Translations under genes and position numbers: made by a program
Notes under the pieces: model-generated
What the model was told of the DNA's origin: nothing
Seen by the model: the letters and a program-made list of their open reading frames with translations, nothing else
Databases searched by the model: none
Part shown: piece by piece, positions 30,819-43,182 of the stretch
How positions within the stretch are numbered: the first letter of the stretch is position 1
Layout of the letters: each line of letters opens with the position of its first letter
Assembly: GCA_902561325.1 (NCBI GenBank)
Contig: CACEOL010000005.1
Location: forward strand, 2,220 to 66,219
Direction: 5' to 3'
From: an uncultured SAR86 cluster bacterium
GTDB lineage: Bacteria > Pseudomonadota > Gammaproteobacteria > Magnimaribacterales > AG-339-G14
Length of the DNA stretch: 64,000 bases

Positions 30819-30892
30819 GCCAGTAGCTCAATTGGTAGAGCGGCGGTCTCCAAAACCGCAGGTTGGGGGTTCAATTCCCTCCTGGCCTGCCA
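30817..30892 (+). tRNA. tRNA-Trp (CCA), overlapping the tuf stop codon
   Basis: AGGCCAG/CTGGCCT stem, anticodon loop CT-CCA-AA, GCCA end. Confidence 0.96.
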
Positions 30893-30938
30893 GAAAGAGA
30901 AGCCCTCTTCTTAAAGAGCATGGCATAAGAGGAGCTAG

Positions 30939-31280
30939 ATGATTTTAAGTAAAAGTCTTTGGTTGGTAGGATTGACAATTATTGCTGCCGCAGTTTGGGG
31001 TAATTCCTTTTACAGCGATATTGGTCTTCTTTACAGAGTTATAGGAGTTATAGTTTTATTTTCATTAGGCCTGTTTGTTTTAAGATTTACTGATTTTGGA
31101 TCTGTTGCTTTCCAAACTATAAAGCAGTCTACGACTGAAATCCGAAAGGTAGTTTGGCCTAATAGAACTGAAACAACTCAAACTACTCTTATTGTTGTAG
31201 GTGTAGTTATCATAGCTGCTCTCATTTTATGGGGCTTAGATTCTCTTTTTTCTTTTGTAATGAGTTTAATCTTAGGGTAA
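30939..31280 (+). CDS. secE: Preprotein translocase SecE
   Basis: EIRKVVWP..ETTQTT; three TM; position before nusG. Confidence 0.95.
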   Translation: MILSKSLWLVGLTIIAAAVWGNSFYSDIGLLYRVIGVIVLFSLGLFVLRFTDFGSVAFQTIKQSTTEIRKVVWPNRTETTQTTLIVVGVVIIAALILWGLDSLFSFVMSLILG

Positions 31281-31283
31281 ATA

Positions 31284-31817
31284 ATGTCTAAAGCTTGGTA
31301 CATCATAAATTCTTACTCAAACTACGAAAATAAGGCTAAAGAGCAACTCTTAGAGAGAATTAAATTAGAAAAAATGGAAGATCAATTTGGAAGAATAGAA
31401 ATTCCAGTACATGAAGTTGTTGAACTTAAAGGAGGAAAGGAAAAGATTACAGAAAAAAAATTCTTCCCTGGATATATTTTAGTTGAAATGGAAATGAATG
31501 ACGAAACTTGGCATTTGGTTAAAGAGACTCCTAGAGTGCTCGGTTTCATTGGCGGAACAAAAAATAATCCTAAGCCTATTTCGGATACTGAGGCAGCAAA
31601 GATTTTAAATCAAATGGAACATGGAATTGAGGAGACATCACAAGGCACTGTTTATGAGCCTGGAGAAATGATTAGAGTTATAGACGGCCCATTTAATGAC
31701 TTCAGTGGCGTTGTTGAAGAAGCTGATAATCAAAAAGGTAAAGTAAAAGTTGCTGTAATGATATTTGGAAGATCTACTCCTGTTGAATTGGACTTTTCTC
31801 AAATTGAAAGAGGATAA
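31284..31817 (+). CDS. nusG: Transcription factor NusG
   Basis: KFFPGY, KOW motif [17 protein letters not shown]. Confidence 0.97.
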   Translation: MSKAWYIINSYSNYENKAKEQLLERIKLEKMEDQFGRIEIPVHEVVELKGGKEKITEKKFFPGYILVEMEMNDETWHLVKETPRVLGFIGGTKNNPKPISDTEAAKILNQMEHGIEETSQGTVYEPGEMIRVIDGPFNDFSGVVEEADNQKGKVKVAVMIFGRSTPVELDFSQIERG

Positions 31818-31819
31818 AG

Positions 31820-32248
31820 ATGGCTGAAAAGAAAATAATGACATATATAAAACTTCAAGTACCTGCTGGAGCTGCATCTCCAAGTCCTCCTGTTGGTCCG
31901 GCTTTAGGGCAACACGGAGTAAATTTAATGGACTTTTGTAACGCATTTAATTCTAAAACCAACGAATTGGAAAAAAATCTTCCTGTACCAGTAGTCATTA
32001 CAGTATATGAAGATAGAAGTTTTGATTTCATTGTAAAAACAACTCCAGCGAGTGTTCTTTTAAAAAAAGCAGCAGGTCTTTCTAAAGGAAGCCCAACACC
32101 AAATTCAGAAAAAGTCGGAAAAGTATCTAGGAAACAATTAGAAGAAATTGCAGAGGCAAAAATGTCTGATTTAAATGCTACTGACATGGATCAAGCTGTA
32201 AAAATTATTGAAGGAAGTGCAAGAAGCATGGGAATAGAGGTAATTTAA
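31820..32248 (+). CDS. rplK: 50S protein L11
   Basis: [13 protein letters not shown]. Confidence 0.98.
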   Translation: MAEKKIMTYIKLQVPAGAASPSPPVGPALGQHGVNLMDFCNAFNSKTNELEKNLPVPVVITVYEDRSFDFIVKTTPASVLLKKAAGLSKGSPTPNSEKVGKVSRKQLEEIAEAKMSDLNATDMDQAVKIIEGSARSMGIEVI

Positions 32249-32904
32249 TGTCTCAAGAAACTAAAAAATATTTGATTGAGGAAGCTTTGGGCGAACTTAA
32301 TTCTAAGGCTTCAAAAAAATTCATTGAATCCTTGGATGTTTCAATTAACTTAGGAATTGATACTTCCAAATCAGACCAAAATGTTAGAGGAGCTTCAAAT
32401 CTTCCTCATGGAAACGGTAAATCTTTCAAAGTCGCAGTATTTGCCGATGGAGATGAAGCAACTCAAGCAAAAGAAGCGGGAGCAGATAAAGTAGGCATGG
32501 AAGATCTGGCAGATGAAATAAAGGCAGGCAACATGGATTTTGATGTAGTGATTGCAACTCCAGATACTATGAGAGTAGTTTCTCCCTTAGGACAAATTCT
32601 TGGCCCAAAGGGATTGATGCCAAATCCAAAATCAGAAACTGTTACTAAGGATATTCCAAATACAGTGAAAAATGCAAAATCAGGACAAATTAGGTACAAA
32701 TCAGATAAACAAGGTATAATCCACGCCCGTATTGGACAGATAGGTTATACAGAAGAACAATTGAAAGATAATTTAGAAGCTTTTTTAACAGACGTTAAGA
32801 AGGCAAAACCCCCTTCTGCAAAAGGGGTTTATATTTCAAAAGTAACCCTCTCTTCCACAATGGGTAAAGGGTTTGAAATTGATACTGCAAAACTTAATTT
32901 TTAA
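32248..32904 (+). CDS. rplA: 50S protein L1 (short N-terminus)
   Basis: [22 protein letters not shown]. Confidence 0.97.
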   Translation: MSQETKKYLIEEALGELNSKASKKFIESLDVSINLGIDTSKSDQNVRGASNLPHGNGKSFKVAVFADGDEATQAKEAGADKVGMEDLADEIKAGNMDFDVVIATPDTMRVVSPLGQILGPKGLMPNPKSETVTKDIPNTVKNAKSGQIRYKSDKQGIIHARIGQIGYTEEQLKDNLEAFLTDVKKAKPPSAKGVYISKVTLSSTMGKGFEIDTAKLNF

Positions 32905-32963
32905 TTTATAGATGAGTTTGTTTGGAAAAATAAGAATTTTAAGCTGTTGTAACTTCGTTACAA

Positions 32964-33025
32964 CCGTCTTAGACCGTAGGAGTTTAACTTCATTAAACTT
33001 AATGTTTCCTACGCAGATAGTTCAA
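32964..33025 (+). promoter_or_regulatory. L10 leader (rplJ autoregulatory RNA)
   Basis: AGACCGTAGG...TTAA...CCTACGCAGA core in the 187-nt rplA-rplJ gap; preceded by hairpin GTTGTAAC-TTC-GTTACAAC (32946-64). Confidence 0.8.
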
Positions 33026-33091
33026 AAAGATTTTTCTTTTTGGGCAAAAGGTTCCTCTTTTGGAAATTTAATCAAAGGAGGGTTTTAATTA

Positions 33092-33610
33092 ATGTCACGC
33101 TTAGATACTAAGAAAGTTCTAGTTGAGGATTTAAATAAGATTGCTCAAGAAGCATTTTCTGTGATTGCTGTTGATTATCGAGGAACTAACGTTCCTGGAT
33201 TAACTCAACTTAGAAAGGAAGCTAAATCACAGTCTGTTCAATTAAAAGTTATAAAAAATACTTTAGCAAAAAGAGCTTTGGAGAATACTAAATTTGATTC
33301 TCTAAATGAAATTCTCACAGGTCCAACCCTGTTGGCTTTTTCTATGAATGATTTTCAAAGCGCAGCAAAACTTGTAAAAGACTTTGCAGCCAAAGAAGAA
33401 TCGTTTGAAGTAAAAGGACTTTCCATAGGAGAAGGTTTTCTTGAGCCAAATGAGCTCAAAGCCCTAGCTTCTCTTCCATCAAAAGAAGAAGCAATTTCTA
33501 TGCTTTTAGGATTAATGCAGGCTCCACTTAATAAACTTGCCGGAACTTTAAATGAGGTTCCGTCACAGTTAGTTAGGACTGTTAATGCAGTAAGCCAAAC
33601 TAAATCTTAA
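33092..33610 (+). CDS. rplJ: 50S protein L10
   Basis: DYRG, KNTLAKRA, LASLPSKEE. Confidence 0.97.
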   Translation: MSRLDTKKVLVEDLNKIAQEAFSVIAVDYRGTNVPGLTQLRKEAKSQSVQLKVIKNTLAKRALENTKFDSLNEILTGPTLLAFSMNDFQSAAKLVKDFAAKEESFEVKGLSIGEGFLEPNELKALASLPSKEEAISMLLGLMQAPLNKLAGTLNEVPSQLVRTVNAVSQTKS

Positions 33611-33636
33611 TAATCTAGGTATAACGGAGAAAAATA

Positions 33637-34017
33637 ATGGCTATTACTAAAGAAGAAATACTTGATGCGATATCAGAAATGAGCGTTATGGATGTAGTTG
33701 ATTTGGTAAAACTTATGGAAGAAAAATTTGGTGTCACTGCTGCAGCTCCAGTTGCTGCCGCTGCTGCTCCTGCTGCAGGTGGCGAAGCAGCTGCCGCTGA
33801 AGAGCAAAGTGAATTTGAAATTTTCTTAGCTGATGTTGGTGAAAAGAAAATCGATGTCATCAAAGCTGTAAGAGCAATCACTGGCTTGGGCTTGAAAGAA
33901 GCGAAAGCAATAGTTGATGGTGCTCCTGCTTCTGTTAAAGAAGGCGCAAATAAAGATGAGGCTGAGCAAGCTAAGTCTCAACTTGAAGAAGCTGGCGCGA
34001 AAGTAGAACTAAAATAA
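33637..34017 (+). CDS. rplL: 50S protein L7/L12
   Basis: [29 protein letters not shown]. Confidence 0.98.
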   Translation: MAITKEEILDAISEMSVMDVVDLVKLMEEKFGVTAAAPVAAAAAPAAGGEAAAAEEQSEFEIFLADVGEKKIDVIKAVRAITGLGLKEAKAIVDGAPASVKEGANKDEAEQAKSQLEEAGAKVELK

Positions 34018-34040
34018 CATCATTTATAGGCTAAATTTAT

Positions 34041-37000
34041 ATGGCAAGTACTTACACATTTGCAGAAAAAAAGAGAATAAGAAAAAGTTTTGAAAAGATT
34101 TCTAGTGCGATGTCTCTACCCGACATCCTTGAAATACAAACAGATTCATATGATTATTTTTTACAAAATATCCCTGATGCGACAAAAAGAAAAAATCAAG
34201 GTTTAGAAAGCGTTTTTCAATCGATTTTTCCAATCAACAGCGTCTCTGGAAATGCAAGGATTGAGTATTTAGGTTATAAATTACAAGACCCCGAATTTGA
34301 TGTTCAAGAGTGTCTTCCGCGAGGAAAAACTTATGAAGCGGCTCTAATAATAAGATGCAGAATTATCTTTATTGATAAAACTACTGGCGAAGAAAACCTA
34401 AAGAGTGCTAGGGAAGAAGAAGTCTACATGGGAACTATTCCCTTGATGACAGAACATGGAACTTTCGTAATCAATGGAACTGAAAGAGTAGTTGTTTCGC
34501 AGCTTCATAGGTCTCCCGGTTTGATATTCGATCATGACAGAGGTAAAACTCATTCGTCAGGAAAACTTTTGTACTCATCTAGAGTTATTCCATATAGAGG
34601 TTCTTGGCTAGACTTTGAATTTGACCATAAAGATCTTGTTTATATTCGTATAGATAGAAGAAGAAAACTCTATGCAACCATCTTATTAAGAGCAATAGGC
34701 TTCTCTTCGCAAGAGATATTAGAAAAATTCTACGAAAAAGAAACTTACTTAATTGGTCCGAATAATTACTCTTTGAAAGTTGTTCCTAGAAGAATGGTTG
34801 GTAAGATTGCGCCATCAGATATTAAAGGTACGCAAGGTGTAATAATCGAAGCAGGTAAGAGAATCACTGCTAGACATATAAGACTTATTGAATCAAGCAA
34901 GATTAAAACCTTAGACGTTCCAAAAGAAAGTCTTTTCAATCAAACTATCGCTGAAGATATTATTGATTCTTCAACTGGGGAAATCGCTCTGGCTTGCAAT
35001 ACTTTGATTGATGAAGAAGTTCTTCTTAAGCTTCATGAATTAAAACTTAAAGAAATTAATGTTCTTTATATCAATGAGCTTGAATCAGGTCCGTATATTT
35101 CAGATACCTTAAGATCAGATACTACTTCAAATTCACTGGAAGCTCTTGCTGAGATTTACCGAATGATGAGACCAGGTGAGCCACCTACTAAAGAAGCAGC
35201 AACTCTTTTATTCGAGAATTTATTCTTTAATGCTGATAAATATGACCTTTCTGACGTAGGAAGGATGAAATTCAATAAAAGGCTTGGTAGGGAAGAATTA
35301 ATTGGGAAAGGAACTCTTGATAATGATGATATCTTGGAGGTTATAAAAACTTTGGTGGATATCCGAAATGGAAAACAAAATTGTGACGATATTGATCATC
35401 TTGGAAATCGAAGGATTAGATCAGTTGGAGAAATGGTAGCTAACCAAGTTAGAGTAGGTTTATTGAGAGTAGAAAGAGCTGTAAGAGAAAGGTTAAATAT
35501 TGCAGAAGCTGAAGAACTTGGTCCAGCAGATTTAATCAATGCAAAACCAATAACAGCAGCAATAAATGAGTTTTTTGGCTCAAGTCAATTATCCCAATTT
35601 ATGGACCAAAATAATCCTCTATCCGAGGTAACTCATAAAAGAAGAGTTTCAGCACTTGGTCCTGGAGGCTTGACCCGAGAAAGAGCTGGTTTTGAAGTTA
35701 GAGATGTTCATCCTTCTCATTACGGAAGAGTATGCCCAATTGAAACTCCTGAAGGACCAAATATTGGTCTCATTAATTCCTTGTCTGTGTATGCAAAAGT
35801 AAATGATTTCGGCTTTATTGAAACTCCTTACAGAAAAGTTGAAAACGGCAAAGTAACTGATGAGATTAAATATGTGTCTGCAATAGAAGAAGGAGAATTT
35901 GTAATAGCGCAAGCCTCGGTAAAACTAGATAAAAACAATAAATTTATTGAAGAACTTGTACCTGTTCGATATCGAAATGAATTTGAGTTGATGACTGTAG
36001 ATAGGGTTGATCTTATGGATGTTTCTCCCCAACAAGTAGTTTCGATTGCTGCAGCCTTAATACCATTTTTAGAGCATGATGACGCAAATAGGGCTTTGAT
36101 GGGATCAAACATGCAACGTCAAGCAGTTCCAACATTATCAACAGAAGCTCCACTAGTTGGTACCGGTATGGAAAGACTGGTAGCACAATACTCTGGAGAT
36201 TGCATTATTGCTAAAAATTCTGGAACGGTTGAAAAAGTTGATTCAGGAAAAATAGTTGTAAGAAAAAACCTCAAAGAGATAAGCGCAACCGATTCAGCTG
36301 TTGATATTTATAATCTTATTAAATATACAAGATCAAATCAAAATACCTGTATCAATCAGAGACCTATTGTAAGTGAGGGAGACAAGATTTCTTCCGGAGA
36401 CATATTAGCAGACGGCTCGTCCATTGACTTAGGAGAATTGGCTCTTGGACAAAACATAAAAATAGCCTTGATGACGTGGCATGGATATAACTTTGAAGAT
36501 TCAATTTTAATTTCAGATAAATTAGTAAAAGAAGATAAGCTTACAAGTGTCCATATTATTGAAGAGACTTGCACTGCAAGAGATACAAAGCTAGGTCCGG
36601 ATGAAATTACAGCTGATATTCCTAATGTTGGTGAGTCTGCCCTATCAAAACTCGATGAATGCGGGATAGTGCACATTGGAGCTGAAGTAAATGCAGGAGA
36701 TATTCTTGTTGGTAAAGTAACACCAAAAGGAGAAACCCAACTTTCTCCGGAGGAAAAACTTTTAAGAGCTATTTTTGGAGAAAAAGCATCTGATGTAAAA
36801 GACACTTCTTTAAGAGTTAAGGCTGGACAAGATGGAACTGTTATTGATGTTCAAGTATTTACTAGAGAAGGCTTAGAAAAAAATTCCCGTGCTGAAGTAA
36901 TAGAATCGGTTTCTTTAGCAGAAATCCAAAAAGATATTGATCAGGAACTTAGTATAGTTTCTGAAGCAACTATTAATTCTCTTATGCCTTCACTTGAAGG

Positions 37001-38117
37001 CAAAAAAGTTATCAGTGGCAGAAATATTTCTAAAGGAGAAGCTTTGACAAAAGATTTCTTAAAAAGCTTGCCATCTTCAGAGTGGTTTAAATTGAGATTA
37101 CAAGACGACAAGCTTAACGATTTGATAAAAGAATCTAAAGATAATCTCAAAAAATATGAGGATATGCTCAAAGAACGTTTTGAAGCTAAAAAAAGAAAAA
37201 TAGTTTCCGGCGATGATTTGCCTCCTGGAGTTCAGCAAGTAATTAAAGTTTACCTAGCTGTAAAAAGAAAAATTCAACCGGGAGATAAACTTGCAGGAAG
37301 GCATGGAAACAAAGGAGTGATTTCAGTGGTTATGCCTGTTGAGGATATGCCTTATGATGAAAATGGAGAGCCAGTTGATTTAGTTCTAAACCCTTTAGGA
37401 GTCCCTTCAAGAATGAATGTAGGACAACTTCTTGAAGTTCATCTAGGCTGGGCTTCAAAAGAACTAGGTAAAAAAATAGGCGAGCTAGTTGAAAAGTCTA
37501 AGAGCCTTTCCGAAGTAAAACCTTTTGTTCAAAAAATTTACTCTTCAACTGGAAAAAAAGAAGAACTAGAAAAACTATCCGATAAAGAATTTAAAGAGCT
37601 ATGTGAAAATTTAAAATCCGGAGTGCCAATGGCTACACCAGTTTTTGATGGAGCTTCAGAAGAAGAAATTAAAAAAATGCTTGAACTAGCTGATTTACCA
37701 TCATCTGGCCAAGCTCAACTATACGATGGAAGAACAGGTGAGGCTTTCGACAGGTTAGTAACAATTGGATACATGTATATCCTAAAATTAAATCACTTAA
37801 TCGAAGACAAGATGCATGCAAGGTCTACAGGTTCATACAGTCTTGTTACTCAACAACCTCTTGGAGGAAAAGCTCAATTTGGAGGACAAAGACTTGGAGA
37901 AATGGAAGTATGGGCTTTAGAAGCTTATGGTGCTGCTAATACTTTACAAGAAATGTTAACTGTAAAATCAGATGACGTACCTGGAAGAACAAAAGTATAC
38001 AAAAACATTGTAGATGGTAATTATGAAATGGAAGCTGGTATCCCCGAATCCTATAACGTTTTAACCAAAGAAGTCAGGTCATTAGGAATCGACATAGACT
38101 TTGATGAGGTAGATTAA
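34041..38117 (+). CDS. rpoB: RNA polymerase beta subunit
   Basis: [31 protein letters not shown]. Confidence 0.99.
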   Translation: MASTYTFAEKKRIRKSFEKISSAMSLPDILEIQTDSYDYFLQNIPDATKRKNQGLESVFQSIFPINSVSGNARIEYLGYKLQDPEFDVQECLPRGKTYEAALIIRCRIIFIDKTTGEENLKSAREEEVYMGTIPLMTEHGTFVINGTERVVVSQLHRSPGLIFDHDRGKTHSSGKLLYSSRVIPYRGSWLDFEFDHKDLVYIRIDRRRKLYATILLRAIGFSSQEILEKFYEKETYLIGPNNYSLKVVPRRMVGKIAPSDIKGTQGVIIEAGKRITARHIRLIESSKIKTLDVPKESLFNQTIAEDIIDSSTGEIALACNTLIDEEVLLKLHELKLKEINVLYINELESGPYISDTLRSDTTSNSLEALAEIYRMMRPGEPPTKEAATLLFENLFFNADKYDLSDVGRMKFNKRLGREELIGKGTLDNDDILEVIKTLVDIRNGKQNCDDIDHLGNRRIRSVGEMVANQVRVGLLRVERAVRERLNIAEAEELGPADLINAKPITAAINEFFGSSQLSQFMDQNNPLSEVTHKRRVSALGPGGLTRERAGFEVRDVHPSHYGRVCPIETPEGPNIGLINSLSVYAKVNDFGFIETPYRKVENGKVTDEIKYVSAIEEGEFVIAQASVKLDKNNKFIEELVPVRYRNEFELMTVDRVDLMDVSPQQVVSIAAALIPFLEHDDANRALMGSNMQRQAVPTLSTEAPLVGTGMERLVAQYSGDCIIAKNSGTVEKVDSGKIVVRKNLKEISATDSAVDIYNLIKYTRSNQNTCINQRPIVSEGDKISSGDILADGSSIDLGELALGQNIKIALMTWHGYNFEDSILISDKLVKEDKLTSVHIIEETCTARDTKLGPDEITADIPNVGESALSKLDECGIVHIGAEVNAGDILVGKVTPKGETQLSPEEKLLRAIFGEKASDVKDTSLRVKAGQDGTVIDVQVFTREGLEKNSRAEVIESVSLAEIQKDIDQELSIVSEATINSLMPSLEGKKVISGRNISKGEALTKDFLKSLPSSEWFKLRLQDDKLNDLIKESKDNLKKYEDMLKERFEAKKRKIVSGDDLPPGVQQVIKVYLAVKRKIQPGDKLAGRHGNKGVISVVMPVEDMPYDENGEPVDLVLNPLGVPSRMNVGQLLEVHLGWASKELGKKIGELVEKSKSLSEVKPFVQKIYSSTGKKEELEKLSDKEFKELCENLKSGVPMATPVFDGASEEEIKKMLELADLPSSGQAQLYDGRTGEAFDRLVTIGYMYILKLNHLIEDKMHARSTGSYSLVTQQPLGGKAQFGGQRLGEMEVWALEAYGAANTLQEMLTVKSDDVPGRTKVYKNIVDGNYEMEAGIPESYNVLTKEVRSLGIDIDFDEVD

Positions 38118-38121
38118 ATTT

Positions 38122-41100
38122 ATGAAAGATTTATTAAAACTTTTTAAACAGGAAGAAGAAAACAATTTCAATGCAATCAAAGCTGGATTAGCTTCCGGTC
38201 AGCAAATTAGATCTTGGTCTTTTGGAGAAGTAAAAAAGCCTGAAACCATAAATTATCGTACTTTCAAACCTGAGAGAGATGGTCTATTTTGCGCAAAAAT
38301 ATTTGGACCAGTGAAAGATTATGAGTGTATCTGTGGCAAATATAAAAGAATGAAGCACAGAGGAGTTGTCTGTGAAAAGTGCGGAGTTGAAGTAACACTA
38401 GCTAAGGTCAGAAGAGAAAGAATGGGGCATATAGAACTAGCAGCTCCAGTTGCGCATATATGGTTTTTAAAATCTCTACCTTCTAGAATATCTCTTCTCT
38501 TGGATAAAACACTAAGAGAAGTTGAAAGAATTTTATACTTTGAGTCTTTTGTCGTCACGGATCCAGGTATGACTGATCTCGAAAAAGGTCAGATCTTGGA
38601 TGAAGAAGAATATTTTGAAAAACTAGAAGAGTTTGGAGAGGAGTTTTCCGCTGGCATGGGTGCAGAATCGGTAAAAATTCTTCTCTCTGAGATGAATTTA
38701 GATAATGAAATATCAGAAGTCCAAGAACAAATAGATTCTACAAATAGTGATGCCAAGAAAAAGAAGCTTTCCAAAAGACTGAAAATTCTGAAGGCTTTTA
38801 CTTCCTCAAACAACAAGCCAGAGTGGATGATTTTGGACGTATTGCCTGTCTTACCCCCAGACTTAAGACCTCTAGTGCCTCTAGAAGGTGGAAGGTTCGC
38901 AACTTCTGACCTGAATGATCTCTATAGGAGAGTTATCAATCGTAATAATAGGCTTAAGAGATTAATAGAGCTAAATGCTCCTGAGATAATTGTGAGAAAT
39001 GAAAAAAGAATGCTTCAAGAATCAGTAGATGCATTACTTGACAATGGAAGAAGAGGCAGAGCCATAACTGGTTCAAACAAAAGACCTTTGAAATCTCTGG
39101 CTGATATGATTAAAGGAAAACAAGGAAGATTTAGACAAAATCTACTTGGCAAGAGAGTAGATTATTCCGGAAGATCAGTAATTGTTGTAGGTCCAACATT
39201 AAAACTTCACCAGTGTGGACTTCCCAAGAAAATGGCCTTAGAGCTTTTCAAACCATTTGTTTTTGGAAAACTTCAACAACTGGAGTTAGCAACAACTATT
39301 AAAGGCGCCAAAAGAATGGTTGAAAGGGAAGAGCCAGTAGTTTGGGATATTTTAGCTGATGTAATTAGGGAGCATCCTATTCTTCTAAATAGAGCGCCAA
39401 CTTTGCACAGGCTTGGAATTCAAGCTTTTGAACCGACTTTAATCGAAGGAAAGGCCATTCAACTTCATCCTCTTGTTTGTAAAGCTTACAACGCAGATTT
39501 TGATGGCGATCAAATGGCTGTACATGTCCCTCTTACTTTAGGAGCTCAACTAGAGTGTAGGGCTTTAATGATGGCAAGTAATAATATTCTTTCGCCCTCT
39601 AACGGAAAACCAATAATTGATCCTTCTCAAGATGTTGTCTTGGGTATTTATTACATGACAAGAGAAAAGATTTCAGCAAAAGGTGAAGGTTCCATTTTTG
39701 CTGATATAAATGAAGTTCATAGGGCTTACGAAAGTGGAAATATTGATCTTCAGGCAAAAGTAAAGGTTAGATTGACAAATAAAGAGTCTGAATTAAGTCT
39801 TGTTGATACAACTGTTGGAAGAGCAATTCTTTCTGGAATTCTTCCTAAAGAACTTGATTTTGAACTCATAAACAAACCTTTAGATAGTAAAGCAATATCT
39901 TCTCTTATTAACATGGCATACAGACACAGCGGTCTAAAAGAAACAGTAATATTTGCAGATAAATTAATGTATTTAGGATACGAGTACTCTACAAAATCTG
40001 GCTCTTCAATTTGTGTTGATGATTGTCAAATTCCTACAGATAAAGAAGAAATCATCTCAAGTGCTGAGTCTGAAGTAAAAGAAATTGAATCTCAGTATTC
40101 ATCTGGACTTGTAACTCAGGGCGAAAAGTACAATAAAGTTATTGATATTTGGTCAAGAGCAAATGAAAAAGTTGCAAGCTCATTAATGGATACAATCTCA
40201 ACAGAAAAAGTTGAAGACAGAGAAGGAAATTCTATAGATCAAAAATCCTTTAACTCGGTATTCATGTATCTTGATTCTGGCGCAAGAAGTTCTCCTGCGC
40301 AGGTCAGACAACTTGCAGGAATGAGAGGGCTAATGGCCAAACCAGATGGCTCAATAATTGAGACTCCAATTACTGCAAACTTTAGAGAAGGTTTAACAGT
40401 ACTCCAATATTTCACTTCTACTCATGGAGCTAGAAAAGGTTTGGCAGATACTGCTTTAAAGACTGCTAACTCAGGTTATCTAACAAGAAGATTGGTAGAT
40501 GTTGCACAAGATTTAGTAATTAGAGAAGAAGATTGTGAAACAAAAGAAGGTATAGAATTAAGATCAATTATTGAAGGTGGTGAAGTTGTTCAGCATCTAA
40601 AAGATAGAATTTTAGGTAGAGTTTTAGCCGAACCATTATCTTCAAAAGATGGGACTTTCAAAATTCCCAAAGGCACTCTAATTGATGAAGCATTAGCTGA
40701 ACAAATTGAACAAAACAATATAGATATTGCAAAAGTAAGATCTCCAATAACCTGTGAAACAAGTTTTGGAATTTGTTCAAAATGTTATGGAAGAGATCTG
40801 GGAAGAGGAAATTTAGTAGATCCTGGCGAGGCCGTTGGGATTGTTGCAGCCCAATCTATTGGAGAACCAGGTACTCAGCTTACAATGAGAACTTTCCACA
40901 TTGGAGGAGCTGCTTCTAGATCTTCAGAAGAAGATAGAATTCAAGCTAAGTATGATGGAACTGTGAAATTTAGAAATCTGAATTCACTTCAAAATAAATC
41001 TAAAAAACAAGTTTGTATTTCTAGATCCGCCGAATTAGTTCTTTTTGATGAAAATGAATCTGAAAAAGAAAGATACAAAATCCCTTACGGAGCAGAAATA

Positions 41101-42294
41101 AACGTCAACGAAGGCGCTGCGATTAAATCTGGAGAATTGTTGGCTACCTGGGATCCATTAAATCACCCGATAATTTCTGAAGTTAAGGGTAAGGTAAATC
41201 TTAAAGATATGGAAAATGGTATAACCATTAGAGAGGTAACTGACGAGTTAACAGGCTTATCAAGTGTGGAGATTTTGGATGCATCTGAGAGAACCTCTGC
41301 TGGGAAAGATATGAATCCTATGGTAGTCATAACAGATGCAAAAGGAAAAGAAGTTATGCTTCCTGGAGGTAAAAGACCTGCTGAATATAAGTTAGAACAA
41401 AAATCTCTTGTGAATGTAACTGATGGTCAATCTATTGAAATTGGTGATGTTCTTGCAAGGATTCCAAAAGAATCATCTAAAACAAGAGATATTACCGGAG
41501 GACTTCCTAGAGTTGCTGATCTATTTGAAGCAAGACAACCAAAAGAAGTAGCCATTCTTGCCGAAATAAGCGGCACAGTTTCTTGGGGAAAAGAGACTAA
41601 AGGAAAAAGAAGACTTGTTTTAACTGGAAAGGAAGGCAAAGAAGAGATTGTTCGTGAAACTTTAATACCTAAAACAAGAAGTATTAATGTTTTTGAAGGA
41701 GAAACAGTTAATAAAGGAGATGTTATAAGCGAAGGCTCCTTGAGCCCTCATGATATTCTTTCTTTAAAAGGAGTCGAAGAGCTAACAGAGTATGTAGTAA
41801 ACGAAATTCAAGATGTTTATCGCTTACAAGGTGTTGAAATAAGTGATAAGCATATCGAGTGTATCCTCAGACAAATGCTCAGAAAAGTTGAAGTTACTGA
41901 GTCTGGAGATACAGATTTAATCATAGGCGATCAACTCGAACTTTCAGAGGTACTACTACAAAATAAAAAAGCTTCTTCAGATGGTGGAATTCCAGCTAAA
42001 TTCAAGCGTCTTTTATTAGGAATTACCAAAGCATCTCTTGCTACCGAGTCTTTTGTCTCAGCTGCTTCTTTCCAAGAAACCACGAGAGTTCTTACTGAAG
42101 CATCAGTAACTGGAAAGGTAGATAAGCTAAGAGGGTTAAAGGAAAATGTAGTAATAGGAAGGCTTATTCCTGCTGGTACTGGATACGGAGCTTCTCAAGG
42201 ACAAGCAGATTTAGTCTCAGATATTGAATCTGAACTAAGTGAAGTAATTGCAGATACTGAAGCCGATCAAAGTGAAATTTCAAGCGAAGAATAG
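38122..42294 (+). CDS. rpoC: RNA polymerase beta' subunit
   Basis: NADFDGD catalytic motif; N-terminal zinc ribbon. Confidence 0.99.
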   Translation: MKDLLKLFKQEEENNFNAIKAGLASGQQIRSWSFGEVKKPETINYRTFKPERDGLFCAKIFGPVKDYECICGKYKRMKHRGVVCEKCGVEVTLAKVRRERMGHIELAAPVAHIWFLKSLPSRISLLLDKTLREVERILYFESFVVTDPGMTDLEKGQILDEEEYFEKLEEFGEEFSAGMGAESVKILLSEMNLDNEISEVQEQIDSTNSDAKKKKLSKRLKILKAFTSSNNKPEWMILDVLPVLPPDLRPLVPLEGGRFATSDLNDLYRRVINRNNRLKRLIELNAPEIIVRNEKRMLQESVDALLDNGRRGRAITGSNKRPLKSLADMIKGKQGRFRQNLLGKRVDYSGRSVIVVGPTLKLHQCGLPKKMALELFKPFVFGKLQQLELATTIKGAKRMVEREEPVVWDILADVIREHPILLNRAPTLHRLGIQAFEPTLIEGKAIQLHPLVCKAYNADFDGDQMAVHVPLTLGAQLECRALMMASNNILSPSNGKPIIDPSQDVVLGIYYMTREKISAKGEGSIFADINEVHRAYESGNIDLQAKVKVRLTNKESELSLVDTTVGRAILSGILPKELDFELINKPLDSKAISSLINMAYRHSGLKETVIFADKLMYLGYEYSTKSGSSICVDDCQIPTDKEEIISSAESEVKEIESQYSSGLVTQGEKYNKVIDIWSRANEKVASSLMDTISTEKVEDREGNSIDQKSFNSVFMYLDSGARSSPAQVRQLAGMRGLMAKPDGSIIETPITANFREGLTVLQYFTSTHGARKGLADTALKTANSGYLTRRLVDVAQDLVIREEDCETKEGIELRSIIEGGEVVQHLKDRILGRVLAEPLSSKDGTFKIPKGTLIDEALAEQIEQNNIDIAKVRSPITCETSFGICSKCYGRDLGRGNLVDPGEAVGIVAAQSIGEPGTQLTMRTFHIGGAASRSSEEDRIQAKYDGTVKFRNLNSLQNKSKKQVCISRSAELVLFDENESEKERYKIPYGAEINVNEGAAIKSGELLATWDPLNHPIISEVKGKVNLKDMENGITIREVTDELTGLSSVEILDASERTSAGKDMNPMVVITDAKGKEVMLPGGKRPAEYKLEQKSLVNVTDGQSIEIGDVLARIPKESSKTRDITGGLPRVADLFEARQPKEVAILAEISGTVSWGKETKGKRRLVLTGKEGKEEIVRETLIPKTRSINVFEGETVNKGDVISEGSLSPHDILSLKGVEELTEYVVNEIQDVYRLQGVEISDKHIECILRQMLRKVEVTESGDTDLIIGDQLELSEVLLQNKKASSDGGIPAKFKRLLLGITKASLATESFVSAASFQETTRVLTEASVTGKVDKLRGLKENVVIGRLIPAGTGYGASQGQADLVSDIESELSEVIADTEADQSEISSEE

Positions 42295-42295
42295 T

Positions 42296-42330
42296 TTGAC
42301 CAAATGATAATGTCTCATTAAAATCGCGCA
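42296..42330 (+). promoter_or_regulatory. str operon promoter with GC-rich discriminator
   Basis: TTGACC (42296-301), 17 bp, TAAAAT (42319-24), then CGCGCA. Confidence 0.72.
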
Positions 42331-42337
42331 CTTAATT

Positions 42338-42709
42338 ATGGCAAGAGTAAATCAATTAATAAAAAAACCAAGAAAGGTTAAGAAAGCAAAAAGTGACGTT
42401 CCTGCTTTGGTAGGTTCTCCCCAAAAAAGGGGAGTTTGCACTAGGGTTTATACAACAACTCCAAAAAAACCTAATTCGGCTTTAAGAAAAGTTTGTAAAG
42501 TAAGATTAACCTCGGGATATGAAGTAATCTCTTACATTGGCGGAGAAGGGCATAACCTTCAAGAACACTCCGTTGTTTTAATAAGAGGTGGTCGAGTAAA
42601 AGACCTTCCTGGTGTTAGATATCACACTGTAAGAGGCACTCTCGATACTACGGGTGTCGATGATAGAAAACAACGCAGATCCAAATATGGATCTAAGAGA
42701 CCTAAATAA
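42338..42709 (+). CDS. rpsL: 30S protein S12
   Basis: [21 protein letters not shown]. Confidence 0.99.
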   Translation: MARVNQLIKKPRKVKKAKSDVPALVGSPQKRGVCTRVYTTTPKKPNSALRKVCKVRLTSGYEVISYIGGEGHNLQEHSVVLIRGGRVKDLPGVRYHTVRGTLDTTGVDDRKQRRSKYGSKRPK

Positions 42710-43179
42710 TGCCTAGAAAAGGACCAGTCCCAAAAAGAGATGTAATCCCCGATCCAAAATATGGGAATGTAAAACTTGCTAAGTTTGTAAATAACCTAAT
42801 GCAAAGAGGCAAAAAAAGTACAGCTGAAAAAATTATTTACTCAGCTTTAGATCAAGTTTCTTCAAAATCAAAAAGGGATCCGCTTGAAGTTTTCGAAGAA
42901 GCATTAGATCAGGTTGGCCCTCAAGTTGAAGTTAAATCGAGAAGGGTTGGTGGTGCTACTTATCAAGTTCCTTTAGAAGTAAAGACTTCAAGACGTCTTG
43001 CCTTAGCTATGAGATGGATTGTTTCAAGTGCCAAGAAAAGATCTGAAAAAAACATGTCTACAAAACTGGCCGGAGAATTAATTGATGCTGCCGATGGACG
43101 TGGAGAGGCAGTAAAAAAACGTCAAGATACTCATAAAATGGCTGAAGCAAACAAAGCTTTCTCTCACTTTAGATTTTAA
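42709..43179 (+). CDS. rpsG: 30S protein S7
   Basis: [20 protein letters not shown]. Confidence 0.98.
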   Translation: MPRKGPVPKRDVIPDPKYGNVKLAKFVNNLMQRGKKSTAEKIIYSALDQVSSKSKRDPLEVFEEALDQVGPQVEVKSRRVGGATYQVPLEVKTSRRLALAMRWIVSSAKKRSEKNMSTKLAGELIDAADGRGEAVKKRQDTHKMAEANKAFSHFRF

Positions 43180-43182
43180 TAA

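Noticed and set aside
33736-33800. GCT-rich repeat in rplL
   Set aside because: Ordinary Ala-rich hinge of L7/L12
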